The position numbers were made by a program, and so were the translations under genes. From NCBI GenBank assembly GCA_973895155.1, contig OZ316899.1, positions 5,707,241 through 5,771,240 of the forward strand: a stretch of DNA of 64,000 nucleotides, written 5' to 3'. The DNA is from Marsupella aquatica (lineage: Eukaryota; Plantae; Marchantiophyta). The notes under the pieces were generated by a model. It was given only the letters and a program-made list of their open reading frames with translations, did not search any database and was not told the origin of the DNA. This document shows positions 1-13,400 of the stretch, in pieces; position 1 is the first letter of the stretch, and each line of letters begins with the position of its first letter.

Positions 1-2151
1 GGCACGCCTCAAGATGATCTTTGGCCTACCCAAAGGAATAAATCAGGTAGAATCATAGGCTCCCGGGGGCAAAGGAGCCAAGTATCAATCCTCTAGCTTT
101 GCGGCCGAGGGAGCAATGGACAATGGATTCTTGATGAGGACATGCCCCATCCCAAAGGTAGCAGAACGGCTGGAGTCCAAGTGGTACGCCCTCCACATGA
201 TGAAACCGAGGGGCAAAATATCCGCCACCCAGGTCATCCAGGTTGAGAACTACCACCCTAGGAAGTGGGCGTCCTTCTTCTCCAAGAAGTTCCACGAGGA
301 GATGGAGTGGAGAAGAAAGGCTTTGCACCTCAGTGGGAAGGTGTATTTTGCTAGCCACATCAAAATCATCATTGAGTGGTACGCCCATTTTGACCGCCAA
401 AGCCTCCCTCTATTGCCATACTTCAAGGGCTGGATGTCACCACTCCAACTCCCGCGCGAGCTGAGGTTTGTCCTTGCCCAAACCCGGAGGGGCATAGTCT
501 GGAAAGTCCAAAACTCTTTGCACCGGGCACGTTTTTGAATGGGTTGCTAGGAGACTTCTCTCAACAAATTGCCCCAGATACCAAGGAGTACATGGCACGG
601 AAGGTGGCCTACTTCTTCAACCAAGAGTTGGTTGCAGCCATGCGGGCAGGACATGCACAAGCCGAGGCTACGTAGAGAATAGAGCGGTATCGGATTGAGT
701 TTGCCCACTTGAAAGACAAAGTTGCAGCCCGGGAGACCGAACTCCAATTGCTACAGCCTCAGGTAGCAGCCACTGAAGATCAGGTGGCTGAAGCTAGGGC
801 CCGGGCATCCTTGGCAGAGCACGCCGGAGTCAGGAAGGACGCCGACATCGCACGGCTCCAAACCCAGATTGACGATTTGAAGGGACAAGCCGTCATCTGG
901 CAAAAGGATGTGGAGGAGGCCAACGCTCGGTCCCAACGGGACACAGCCAAGATAGACTTCCTAATGGCGAAAGTGGCACGGCTTCAAGGAGAAGCCACGA
1001 AGCAGGCCCAGTTGGTGGACAAGCTGACGAGCAACATCCAGCAACTGGAAGAGGTATGTCAGGAAGCCGCAGAGGAGACAGATGCAGCAAAGCAAGAGAA
1101 TGAATCTCTGCTGGACCAGGTCCAGCTCCTCAAGCAGGACGCCAACCGGCTCAGGAGGCAGTGGGATGGCCACTCCAAGTCCAACTATGGCAGGTCTGGC
1201 AAGCGTGCCAAACATTAGCAGCGGGATAGGTTTAGGATAGAGTTAGGAATAGGATAGTCAGGCGATAAGGACAAGCGCCAAAACTAGTTAGCGACGTTGT
1301 CCTATCCAACCAACCTTCATAGTTAGAATCTTAGAATAAGACACGTCATTTTACGGCCTGACAATTAGTAGAGTTTAGAATCTGGGATAGCTTAGATTCA
1401 AGCACGTGGTCGGTTCAAACCCCGACTCTTAGTATTTTGTGCACCCCTCGGTAGAGGCAGGGGGATTTTAGTTTCAGAATTGACTATCCGCAGGATGTGC
1501 GGGGAGTCCCGGCCCCATCATGCTTTTGAGAAACATGAATGGGTCAAGAGGACCTTTGTGAGTAAAAGATACCAAGGAGGGAGGGTACGACTAAGCTCAT
1601 TGGGCGAGTGCGGAGCCGGGCTTCATTGTAGTGTACAACGCTCTGCCGTTGGGCCTGTTTACTCAAGAGATGTCGTGTCAACCGGGTATATGTGTATAAC
1701 GGTTTCTGAAGTAAAGTCTTTTCCCACCATTTCTTTTGTGTAAACCGAGATTGTATGTGAGTGAGTTCCTTTGCATGTATGAATCTTGTATATGGGTAGA
1801 GAATGTCTGGCCGACATCATCCAAGCCGTGCACGGGGTGTAGGCTACGGATGGTGGTTGCAAGCCCGGGTTGGATACCCGTATCATTGGATCCGGATCGG
1901 AGGCGGACATTACAAAGGCTTAGAAGCCCTTAAGCTGGGGTCAATCTAGCTATCGACTTAAGGTACATTCCAGTGGCGGAACACAAACTATACCCATGAC
2001 ATTTCCATATGTATGCATAGGCACACTTAGCGCTAGATTACGGGAATAAGGTTCAGTTTGCACATCCCTCCTTGCCTGAACCCTCGAAACTAATGAAGAT
2101 TATGCCCGTCTAAGCCGAAATCCGTGCAAGGACAAAGCTTACGGCGTGACA
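1..2151 (+). mobile_element. 3' part of an ORF-bearing TG...CA element (giant coding solo-LTR-like, 'family B'); 5' end lies outside the window
   Basis: Ends ...AAGCTTACGGCGTGACA at 2151. The reverse complement of this end is clearly homologous to the TGTCACGTCGTAGGCTT... insertion starting at 63921. Its ORF aligns by eye with those of the elements at 2249 and 22149. Confidence 0.75.
2..1218 (+). pseudogene. Family B element gene: conserved IFGLP/NGF..TC..P..H..PR.KI domain followed, after a stop and frameshift, by a long coiled coil (709-1218)
   Basis: ORF 116-538 (NGFLMRTCPIPKVAERL..LHMMKPRGKISATQV) aligns with NGFFRNTCTNPHIREMI..MHCNLPRAKIGKAQV of ORF 25160-25774. ORF 709-1218 is heptad-rich (Q/E/A/K). 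Confidence 0.7.
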
Positions 2152-2248
2152 GGTATGGGAGAGGGTCATTGACCCAAATGACCTATTACCCTTGGCTAGA
2201 TATGGAATGATCGCTTGTTAGCACTATCACAACTTCCATATTGGGGCC

Positions 2249-5200
2249 TGTGGTGCGTCCCATGGCCCTCTAAACCCAAGAACCCCCCCCCTTAACAAGC
2301 CGATTCTAACTGTCTTTGGCTTGCCGAGGTTGGTTCTGCGGTTTATCAACATGGGATGCTGCTAACTTCTTACCCACATATACTGGACAAATCTTTTCAT
2401 TGGATCATGAGGTATGTCACTGGCCTAGTCCATGCCTCTTTTGCTCCTCCCTTCATGGTTTTCCTTCAAGTATATTTGGATTCTGCCCCCAGAATGATGC
2501 CCAATTGGCTTGGGTAGCCGCTAAGACCTCTCTCAACTCGACACATCCAACTCCACTACTTATTACCACCTTTCTTACTCCCTTTCTCTCCCTAGTTGGT
2601 GTGGGCAATCTTCACACAAGTTGATGCAACACACAAATATAAAAATAACTCTTATTGACTAAGTTATATTGGCGCAACTTCCATCCAAATAGTACTTCTC
2701 ATACACAAGATCTGCAAACTAAGCCGGAAGGCCAACTCTATTCAGCTCATGAGTGTGAGGAAACATGAATACACGCAAGATTCACTGTATAACTAGTAAC
2801 CGAGAGATTCTTTTACTAGATGATCCCAACCTTGCTAGTGCACTAAAAACTTGTTAAGGAAAAAGCCATGAACTCCTCGCTGCGCATGTATTTATCCTGG
2901 AAGCGCACCTACTATTTCATTACAGCGTAAGTCTAATCTATTCTAGCTATAATCTACCTATGTATAGTGGGGCAAGAGCACAAGTGTTGCTCTTACCAGC
3001 GGATCCGCAATCCCACTAATCTAAGTGTCATGGCCACCCTCTTGGCCCTAATCTTAATCCTAAATCTGGAGGTCCGCACCCGCCTTGCCCACTCATGCCT
3101 CCTTCCTCCACGTCCCCCCTCTCTAAAAGGAATAGGCCTCCACCACCATCATGCCAGCGGTGACTCATCCCTAATGGACGCCCCTTATCCTCCTTCTGTG
3201 GCCAATATTGCAAGTCTGTCCTCTGACACATTATCTGCTCCTGACCGGGTCAACCTATCCTTGGCGTTATCTGGTCCAACCCCACCCTTGGCCTCATCTT
3301 TGGCTTCCGCTGCCGCCCTCGCCTGCATACGTGGTGGTCCCGGCATTGGCTTTGTTAGTACCGGCATCCTCCTCCTTGCCGTAGTTGTCGTCCTCATAGG
3401 CTTGTCCTACAAGGCGGGTTGTCTCCACTTCCCAAGGTTGCGTTTGATGCCTATCAATGATTGGCAACATGAGTCCACTCCTGTTATGTGCGCTCCCAGC
3501 TGGTCCTCTTGGCCGACTTCTAACATTGTCACCTTCACAGCCATGACCTTGCATAAGGCCGGTGCCATGCTCTCTACCTCGGCTACGGTGGCTTGGAGGA
3601 GTGTGTTGACTCCTGACCCGAAAGGTTTTTGCTTCTTCTTGTCCTTCCCTTCCAAGGTAGCCAACATCTTCCCCTTGCCCATTACTTCTGGCAAGGGTAA
3701 GGGTACCTTGGCTGGTCTTTTGGTCAGTACCACACCTAGCAACCTTGTCGTGGCCACTGGGGGTTTACTTGGTGTAGTCGGGCGCTTCCTTTCTTTCACT
3801 AGTTTCTTTAGCTGCTCCGTTTGATTGTCCACCCACCGCTGCAAGTTCTCCACCTTTTGCACGGTGTCCTCCAACTCCTCTTGAGTCTCGTCCAACTCCC
3901 TTGGGTGTCCTCCAACTCCTTTTGCAAGGCCACCCTCTCCTCCTGGGCTTCCTTTAGCTCCTTGTTGAGCTCGTGGACAACATCAAACTTCCATCTTATT
4001 CATCTTTTTGTATGTTTGATTGAGCGTGTCGTCCTTCCTCCGCAGGTTGGCTTGAAGATTGGCCGACAGGGTTGCGAGCTCCTCCTTCAGCTGAGCAATG
4101 CCCCCATAGGTCTTATCAAACTTGGCATTCTTTTGGTGATAGGCCTCACAAAGATCATCAATTTGATCAAGCTCTCCCTTCAGTGCCTTCTTTGCCCTCT
4201 GGGTATCCGCCATGGCTTTATTGTAGATTGCAATGTTGGCTTGCTTGGCTCCCTTCAACTCCTGTATCCTTTGTTCTTGGCCTTTGCTTTTCCTTGAGCG
4301 CTTTGACCAACTTCCCTTGGGTCTGGGCAAGTTTACTCTTGATTAACTGGTTATCAGCCTTGGCTATATCCAATTGCCCCTGCACGATGCTCAGCTCATG
4401 GTTTCTAACCCGCAGCTCATCTTGAGCCTACTTGGCTCCCCTTAGGTCTCCTGCTTTGGCTTCCTTCTTTCTAAGTTGTCGGATGATTTCTTCCTTCTTC
4501 ATCCTCTCCAAAGCCACAGCTTCCTCCAAACGGCTTTTATCTGACACCCCCTTTGGACAAACGGCCCCATCTCCAACTCTTTCCCAAAGATGCCCAGGGC
4601 AAGTGATACCGGCATCTCCCATTGCGACCTTTGTTCCCATGCCTCCTGTCTAACCTCTTCAAAAGTGGTCATTGGACTAGCTTGCCTTTTTGCAAGCCAT
4701 CGGATGTCTTCTGGCCACCCTCCCCCCAGTAAGTCCTTCTCCTGGTTTAGGGTTGCTTCCGCCAGATCTTTGAGTCGCTCCTGCAGCTCTTGTGCGGCCT
4801 GTTTCATCCCATCACATTTGGGAGGAGGGACGCCTGGTGGGGGAGACTCACGGCTCCTTTGCTGCTGTGGGTCCCCACAAACCACTCCTAGAAGTGTAGG
4901 AATGAACTGGCCAAGGCTCCTGACCCCGGGTATTGGCCAATCCTCTTAATAGCCAAAGTTTTCATCCTTGTAGTCCTCCACGCCTACCCTTTCGGCTTAG
5001 AGTTTGGGGTCCTCCTGGTCTTCTTCTTGACTGGCCGTAAATGCGGCCTCCTGCTGGAAAGAGTGACTGTAGGGTGCTAGCTTTGGCTTCAGCTCCCATA
5101 CTTACTTCTCCCTTTCTTCATTGGGAGTGGGAATCCCAGGCTCTCGTTCCTTGAGTGCCGGCCTCAAGCCCCCCAACTACATCTGCACTCCCTGTTCATG

Positions 5201-7032
5201 CTTTGGCCTCCTTCTTTCCATGGCCCCGACAAAGAGATCTGCCCTTGTTGGTCTTCTAGGGCCTGCCTCTTTAACAGTGCCCTGTACCGGCACTTGTACT
5301 GCAACTGCTGGCTTCTCTTTCTACAGCATGTGCATAATGTTTTGCATGGCTGGTTGTTGTCTCGACATGGGTGTTGGCCATGACATGAAGATCTGATTGA
5401 TAGCCAGGGCTGCTGAGCGGTTTGGTCTCCCTTGCTGCCGGCCTCTCTTCTGACTCCTCGTCTGGTGCCCCTTGTCTGCAAGGGAAGTATCAGTGCAAAG
5501 GTCTGACTCCGGGCGTATTGGCACAACAATGGCATGTGATACCCAAGCAGGGACACGCTCCCCTGGCCTATCACTTGTTGTTCCTCCTTCAAGATCTTCT
5601 TCAGTTGGGTGAGGAGGTACCCGTTGTAATCCTGGCTTGGGTCTGGTCTTTGTACAAGGTAGACCTATGTTTTGCCAATCTCCAGTCTTGCCAAATTGCA
5701 ATGCATGGTAACCCGCAGGAAATCAATAATTTCTCCTATGTGCGGGGTGGTATAGGTGTTCCGGAAGAAGCCATTCCTTGTTGATGGCCTCGGGAACAAT
5801 TTGTACTCCTTATACGACAAGTTCTTCCGGGAGTCCACCTTGGTCTTATTGCCTGTTGGCAAGCCAAATACCTTGGCAATCACCTTGGGAGTGAGATAGA
5901 ATACCCTCCCGTACACCTTGCTCATGTCTAAATCGTGATCCCATGAATTCCAACAAGTCTGAATTTGGCACCTCCGGCTTCAGCCAAGGTAATCTAATGA
6001 AGGTCTTCAAGCCGGATCCAACCATGAAGCCTTGGTACTTTCGGGAGTGCATGGCCATAAAACATGCATCCTTGTCTTGTGCAAAATATAACTGCACTTC
6101 CTTGAGCCGGACCATCGCCCAACCCTTCCATGTGTCCTCCCTTATGGGGATGGCATTGACTAGATTGACCTCCGGTCCTCCTTCCTCCTCCTGCCTCTTT
6201 CTTCCTTGCTCAACAGGCTTTCTAGGTGCCGCAAACCTAGCTAGTTCTTTTTGTCGGGGTGGCTTCTTCATTGATGGGTACCTTCCTCTTCATAGCGGGT
6301 GCTCCCAACAACTCCCCCAACATTGTTACTTTTGTCCACGCTGTCGTGCTACCCTTTAGGTCCCAATGTTTGTCGTTGCAATGGTTGATGGCCTCACGGA
6401 TGCAGATAATTTTGTTCTTACGGAATAGTAGGTCATCAAACTGGTTGGCAGAAGGCGTCCATAAGAACTCATCCTTGACAAGCTCTCCCCCCAGGAAAGT
6501 AGACCTCTATAGCTCCCACGGCCTAGCAAGCTCGTGTCTTTCTTGGGCTGCTCCCTCCGGCCCCTTGTCTTTGTAGGTTCCAATGTGCTCAGTTTCCCGT
6601 GCAAACAGACATCCCCAAAAATGTGCAACTTGGTTGATGTTGCTCATTCCCGCTTTGTGTTGATGCTCGGTATCTGCTTCTGCCCCAAGTGCTTGCCTAA
6701 GCAGTTGACAATTTGTTGGCTTTTCTCTGTAATCCTCTATTGATTGGTGCTTGCAAATGAGTCATCGCTCTTGGTGAATAGTCCTTACCCCCCTCATGCC
6801 TGCCTTCGCCTGACTGCCCATTGATTGCCCACTGCCAATAGTGCTTAGCGTGCCCTGACTCTAATTTGCCTTCTGGTTGTCATTAGCCCTTACTTTCAGC
6901 CTCGGCTCGGGTTCCATGGTTACACTCAATTGTTTAAGTTTTCCCTTTCCTCCTTATACTAATGCGATTTTAGTGCACACCACCCATGTTTACCTTTTTA
7001 AATGGCCTAGTGATTCTTGGCTAGGCATCACA
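2249..7032 (-). mobile_element. ORF-bearing TG...CA element, family A copy 1 (4784 bp, giant solo-LTR-like)
   Basis: Starts TGTGGTGC and ends GCATCACA (8-bp imperfect inverted ends). Perfect 5-bp TSD GGGCC at 2244-2248 and 7033-7037. Collinear with 22149-26778. No gag/RT/IN, PBS or PPT inside. Confidence 0.88.
3149..6647 (-). pseudogene. Family A element gene (ancestral ~1100 aa; transposon-accessory domain plus coiled coil), heavily frameshifted
   Basis: Fragments 5846-6271, 5665-5925, 5164-5592, 4499-4885, 3983-4330 and 3407-3895 are collinear with the better-preserved copy at 23060-26400. Confidence 0.75.
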
Positions 7033-7183
7033 GGGCCACATGCCCATTAACCGTCTATTGGACCCTATGCACATCAAGGGAAATGTTGGGAGGTCATTGC
7101 TCCGACATCTATGGAAGGGTATTTTTGTTGGATTTCTTTAAATGCAGTTTATTCTAGAATTTTTGCAACTTTTTAAATTAAAG

Positions 7184-7480
7184 GCGACGCTTTATAAAGT
7201 GTCCACTCTAATTGCGATGCTTTAAGAAGCATCCACTAAAGTACCAACCCTATAAGACGTGTGTTCCAAAGGAGTGACTAAAATAATGACGCTTTTAGAA
7301 GCATCCATAACCCAAAGTCAAGAAGATAGAAATAACATTTTCAGAAGTGTTCACCAAGTATCAACACTATGCAAAGCGTCCTCTATTCCAAAGGCAAAAC
7401 CCACGTACTGACGCTTTTAAATTAAAGCATTTGCTCAATCACTGACGCTTTCAAAATTGTCCACTAAATCTCCAACGCTT
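7184..7480. repeat. Clustered GACGCTTT / AAAGC(G/A)TC motifs in both orientations; probable CACTA subterminal repeats
   Basis: About seven copies (gacgctttataaagtgtcc, gatgctttaagaagcatcc, gacgcttttagaagcatcc, caaagcgtc, ctgacgcttt twice), upstream of CACTA transposase remnants. Confidence 0.55.
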
Positions 7481-8081
7481 CCAGTGATGTCCATTTTCAA
7501 CTTTGTTTTTCCACTTTTCAAGGATGATCATTTTTAGTTGTTTGAGGTCTGAAAAGGCATGTCTTTTTAGTCTTTCCTTTGTGGTAGAATTCTAAGACCT
7601 ATATATAAGACTTTAGGTTGTTGCTTTGGAAAAGGGGGAAGAACCAATGTTTAGATTTTCTCCTTCCATTGTAACAAGATATTGAAGAATGTTTTGTATG
7701 GAAGTAAAGCAACATATGTTTTGAGTTGTGTAAGTATTCAGGAGATTCTTTCCGGTGACTGAATTTGAATCACAAACTTGTGAGATTCTTTCCGGTGACT
7801 TCACTGCTAGGCTTACTTGCTATGATGAGATTCACTGGCCAATTTGAGATTGATGTGTAATATAGAAGGAGCAAAATTCCATGTTTAGAGTATCTGAATA
7901 TCGTTGTTTTACTTTGGCATATGTATTAGAGTTTGATTTTGAGTTGTAAATCGCTGAAATTCAAACCATGTTGATAACATTTTAATATGTATCTTAGTAG
8001 AAACAACCATAAATGTACTTTGGGTTTGGTGAGCAAAGAATTGTTCTACCTCAAATCTTTATGGTACTAAAAGAAGAGTAG

Positions 8082-9380
8082 ATGAGCCATGATAGTTTTA
8101 ATCTATGGTCCTTGGGTGATGACTCTTGGAGGAATATTGTAGACCAGCTGGCTCGACTGTGGGGTCTTATTGTCATGGGACGTCAACAATGCTTACTTCT
8201 TACTGACACCATTCACAGATCTTGTATTGGCGGACGAGAGACTGAACTCTCTGCCAGGCTGTGGAGATGGAGTGATTGTGAGAAGTATTTGAAAGGTTTT
8301 GGTATTGCTAACTCTCGGGTGTATGAAATGCTTTTCCCTAAAGGCTCTGATCACATTTGCCTTAAACCACACCTGCCCCTTATAAAGGGCTATGGGTAAC
8401 CCATAGCTCTCATTCTAAAGAGTACAAGTTCAGAAATGTGTTTTGAGCTCCACAAAAGGTGTTGACTGCAAAACCTTTTTTTGACAAGTACTCCACAAAA
8501 GGTGCTAGGTTTCCACCTTTTATGGTGAGTAGTGAGACATGGAATGAGGCTTTTATAGTGGCAGGTGTGGTTCAATAGAATCTGGGGTGTCAATCTCTCT
8601 GATGAGACCTGGAACATGACTTGGAGAACTCTATGGTCTTCTGACCTTCTCGGGCTAAGGTTTTCCTTTGGCGGATCCTTGCTCAGGGACTTTTCTTTGG
8701 CTCTAGAGCCTTAAAGATAAAGAAATCTGACGGTACATGTCTTCTCTGCCCCAATACTATTGAGTCTATCCCACATATCTTTTTCCTTTGCTGATACACC
8801 TGCGATGCTGGACCAAGACATGGAGCTGGATGCATGGGGTGCTCTTTGGAGGATTTCAGACTTTGCTGTATATCATCCTCTCCTTTTGCCGGCGGCTACC
8901 CTTACTTTCATGGATGTTTATTACTTACCAGGTTCTTTGGCACATCTGGCTAGCGCGGAATGCGCAAACTTTTGATCATTCATGTGTTAGATCCTTTGAC
9001 CAGGTGGGTGTGACTACAGAGACCTTGGATCATCTTGCCGCTATGGCTGCCACACATTCATCCACTATGGACTGCAAACATTGTCGTCCAATCGGTGCTA
9101 GGACTCTTTTAGTTATTGAGGGCTCTAGACTTATGAGCTTAGGGATTAGACATATTATCTCTTGAGCTAGGTCACTTTGCCTGCCCGATGCACTTTTGTC
9201 CTATTAGCTCTTGACCTCCGGTGAGCATGATTTTCTCCTATGGTTCCACTTATTGCATCTTGCAGATAGGCTGAAATCTAATGTTTTGATGTTCTTCCCC
9301 TTAGGGTCTTTTGCCTTTGGGCCTGCTTGTTCCCCCATCTGTGGGGTTCACGCGGAATAAACATATTTTAAATAAAAACA
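8082..9380 (+). mobile_element. Degenerate L1-clade LINE 3' fragment (zf-RVT region, 3' UTR, A-rich tail)
   Basis: Translates to KVFLWRILAQGLFFGSRALKI..GTCLLCPNTIESIPHIFFLC and VLWHIWLARN..F. Ends ...ctgtggggttcacgcggaataaacatattttaaataaaaa. Confidence 0.8.
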
Positions 9381-9669
9381 ATCTTTGTATACACTAAGAC
9401 AATATTCATTTCTAAAGGAGTGAAAATATCAAACTAAAACAAAATAGATCTCAGTCCAAACTCCTTTTTATCCATGATTCAAGAGTCTTCTTTTCCTTGT
9501 GTTTTTGTTAATTTAACCCTTTTGTGAAGTTTGAGAAATATAGAGTAAGAGGCTCTAAATCACTCAAATCTGTTAATTCATTCAATCTATTCCCATTTGT
9601 TCTTTAAGGGACATAATTCCAAGTTTATAAATAGACAAATGTTACTTTCTGTTCTTACGGCTTTATGAC

Positions 9670-9917
9670 AACATCTACATGGGGAGAAAAATAGCAACTG
9701 GAGAGAGAGTTGTGAGGAGATGGGGATGCATGGACTTCATGGTTTTTTACCCTCTAGGATGATCCTAATCATCCCCTTACTATCCATCCCCCATGGGTTA
9801 GGGTCAATGCGGTTTCCTGCAGGGTACGGTGCCAATCCACAATGCATTTTGTGGAGATGACTCTCCAAAATGGCCAGCTTTCTTGAAGACCCATGATTAT
9901 TGGATTGGGCAGCGAGG
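9670..9917 (+). pseudogene. CACTA/En-Spm transposase fragment 1 (interrupted by the copia element)
   Basis: MRFPAGYGAN...KWPAFLKTHDY resembles the CACTA FPxGYxxN...LKSHD motif. The reading continues after the copia right LTR. Confidence 0.65.
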
Positions 9918-10260
9918 TGTTGAGCATAGACGACACTCGTAACGGTAAGCACATGACACATCCAATGCGCAAGTAGTCAACACAAGAGATATGTGGTTCA
10001 CCTCCTTGAGGCTACGTCCACGGGAACACACAAGAGAGCTTTACTGAACTCTAAGCCTGTCGGCCTTACCAAGTCTCTACAGTGTAAGCTCTCCTCATCT
10101 CTCAAGTGGCTCCGTAACAATGAGCCTAAGTTTCACTTATCCAAGCAAACACCGCTTGGCATATAGTGTGCATCCTAGTTAACCTAACCACGTCTCCGAC
10201 TATGGTTAGCCTAACTACGGTTACATATCGTAACCCTAGACCTTGAGTAAATACCTAACA
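9918..10260 (-). repeat. Copia 3' LTR
   Basis: Direct repeat of 19216-19558 with 12 mismatches by eye, all transitions. Adjacent PPT at 10261-10270. Confidence 0.97.
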
Positions 10261-10452
10261 ATCTCCCCCTTGACTCTGGTCTAGGGGAGGGTAATACTGC
10301 TAACCTATATGATTATTCAGCGGGAAGTTCTGGATGAAAACCAACATGGTTTCCCCTCTCTAACTAGAGCAAACCAGAACTAAACCGTAGCCTATTACTA
10401 GGAGTGAAGAAGAGCATATCTCAATAATTACAACAAATGTTAAGAAAAACCC

Positions 10453-13400
10453 TTACTTGTGACGCAATTGCAAAACCTGCAGCACATCACGATGTCTAGA
10501 GAAACCTTCCGAAGGAATCACTTTGGTAAATGCATCAGCTGGGTTGAGTTTACCGTCTATCTTGACTAGCTCAAACAAATTATCAGACACAACCTGCTTG
10601 ATAAAATGGTACCTGACATCTATGTGCTTCACTCTACTGTCCATCACCTGGTTCATAGCAAGGTGGAGCGCACTTTGACTATCACAATGGAGCTTCACAT
10701 TCCCCTGTGGCAATCCCATGCAGTGATAAGTCTATCCAACCAAATTGCTTCCTTCGCTGCTTTCGCTGCTGCAACATACTCCGCTTCTGTAGTAGACTGA
10801 GCAATACACTTTTGCAATGTAGACCTTCAACTTATGCATCCACCGCCAAGTGTGAACACGTACCCTGTTGTTGATCTCCTTCGGTCCAGATCTTGTCCAT
10901 AGTCAGAATCTACATAGCCAATCAATGATCTTGCATTCTTTGCATTTGCATCAAATAAAAGACCATGATCCACGGTACCCTTCAAGTACCTGATAATCCA
11001 CTTCACTACTTCCCAGTGTACCTTCCGTGGATTTGACATGTACCTGCTCACCTTGCCCATAGCCATGGCAAGATCAGGTCTAGTGCAAGTCATCAAATAC
11101 ATGAGACTTCCCATCGCCTTATCATAAGGAACTTTTGACATCAGCCCCTTCTCTGTCGCATCTGTGGGACAAAAAGTTGATGACAATTTGAAGTGTGCAG
11201 CCAAAGGGGTACTTACTGGCTTACTATTCCCCATGTTGAACCTAGCAATTACCTTCCTTGCATAACTGCTCTGTGTCAACCATAGCTTACCAGCCTCTAA
11301 GTCCCTAGTGATCTCCATACCCAAAATCCTCTTAGCTGGCCCTAGGTCCTTCACCTGAAACTCTGCACTGAGCAGTGCCTTAAGCTTAACAATTTCAGAC
11401 CTATCCTTGGCAGCAATAAGCATGTCATCCACATAAAGTACTAAAACAATGAACCCAAAGACAACATTCTTCACCGGTTTCAAATATACACAAGGGTCAA
11501 ACACACTCTTGTGAAAACCTTGTGACCAAATCCAATCATCAAACCGTTTATTCCACTGTCTTGGTGACTGCTTCAACCCATCTAAGGATTTCAGCAATCT
11601 GCAAACCAGTTCCTCCTGTCCTCTCTTCATAAAACCTAGCGGCTATCTGATGAAGATCACCTCTTCCAAGGTGCCATAGAGAAAAGCTGTGATAACATCC
11701 ATATGATCTAGCAGCAGACCAAATATTACAACAAGCACACACAATAGCCGTATTGTTGAGTACTTAGCAACTGGTGAGAAGACCTCATTGTAATCCACAC
11801 CTTTTTCTTGTGTGAATCCCTTGGCTACCCACCTAGCCTTGTAGACCTTCGATCCACCTCCCGTAGACTGATCCTTTAGTTTGTATATCCACTTACTATC
11901 CACCACTTGCTGACCCTTAGGCAGCTTAACAAGCTCCCAAGTTTTGTTGTCCTTCAGTGACTGCATTTTTGTTTGCATTGCTGCAGTCCATTTCTGCTTC
12001 TCCTTTGAAGCACTTGCCTCATGAAATGAAGAAGGTTCCCCTTCTTCCAAAATTAATGCATCACCCTCATCATCAGCTGCAAAATTGTCCTCTTGCAGTT
12101 GAGATGAATCAACCCACTGTCCATACCTAGGAGGAGCGCGTACAGTACGACCAGATGTTCTTCTAGCCGATGACTCTGGTTAAATTGCGTCTACTGGTAC
12201 AATTTGAAGCTCAGCAGCATCCACTTGCTGCTCACCAGCATCAATAAACTCCTCTTGTTCCTCTGGCACAGGAACCAGCTCCATGCTTGGAGCACCTCCT
12301 TCTCTCTGATCATGCACTTCATGATCAATCTCCCCCTCAACGAGATCCAGTATAGGAGATTTTCCTTTGTCAGTACAGGAGACCTGAGTATTCTTCCCCT
12401 CCTTCAATAATCTGGATTCATTGAAGGAAACATCCCTACTGACAACAAGCTTACAGGCAATAGGATCCCATAGCCTGTAGGCCTTCACACCACTCTGATA
12501 CCCAAGAAAAATACATTTCTTGGACGTAGGATCCAACTTGGTCCTATTCTGCTTTGGTGTGAGAGCATATGCATCACTTCCAAAAACTACCAAGCCATGA
12601 TAGTCTGCTTGTTGCTTATAACGTATTTCAAACGGCGTTTTGAAATTGATTGCACTAGAAGGAGAAAGATTTACCAAATAAGCTGCAGTATTGACAGCTT
12701 CTGCCCAAAATTCCTGTGGTAAACTTGATTGGCTCAGCATACTCCGTGACCGCTCCAATAGTGTTCGATTGAGCCTCTCAGCAACACCATTTTGCTGCGG
12801 AGTATAAACTGTGGTGAGATGGCAAGTTATCCCCTGTTCTACACAATACTCTTCAAATTCTATTGAAGTGTACTCCCTGCCGTTGTCTGACCTCAGACTC
12901 TTCACCCTGGTATCCAAACACTTAACCGTGTTTCCTGTCTGATTCTCCACTTGGGCCTTCCACTTTGTAAAAATGGACAAGACATCAGACTTATGCGTTA
13001 TGAAATAAATCCATACAAATCTTGAGTAATCGTCAATGAAGGATACATAGTATAATTTTCCAGAATATGAGAGAGTCGGGGATGGTCCCCACACGTCACT
13101 ATGTATGTACTCAAGAACCGCTTTGGAACGATGAGTTCCAACACCAAAAGCACGACGATGCTGCTTTCCAAAAATGCAATGCTCATAGAATTCCAATTTA
13201 CAAGACTGCAAATCAGAAATGAGCCCATTCTTCCGCAAGATAGCCAAACCCTTCTCACTCATGTGGCCTAGCCGTGAATGCCACAATTGAGTCATTTTCT
13301 CGTGAGACTTGGTTACATTGGCCTCTCATACTGTATTGCCCTGCAGCACATACAAATTCTTTTGTTTGCTCCCCTTCAAAATCACTGTCTCACCTGACAT

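Noticed and set aside
2967-3824. 285-aa plus-strand ORF with a hydrophobic stretch (env-like?)
   Set aside because: It is the antisense shadow of the minus-strand element gene and is not kept open in copy 2.
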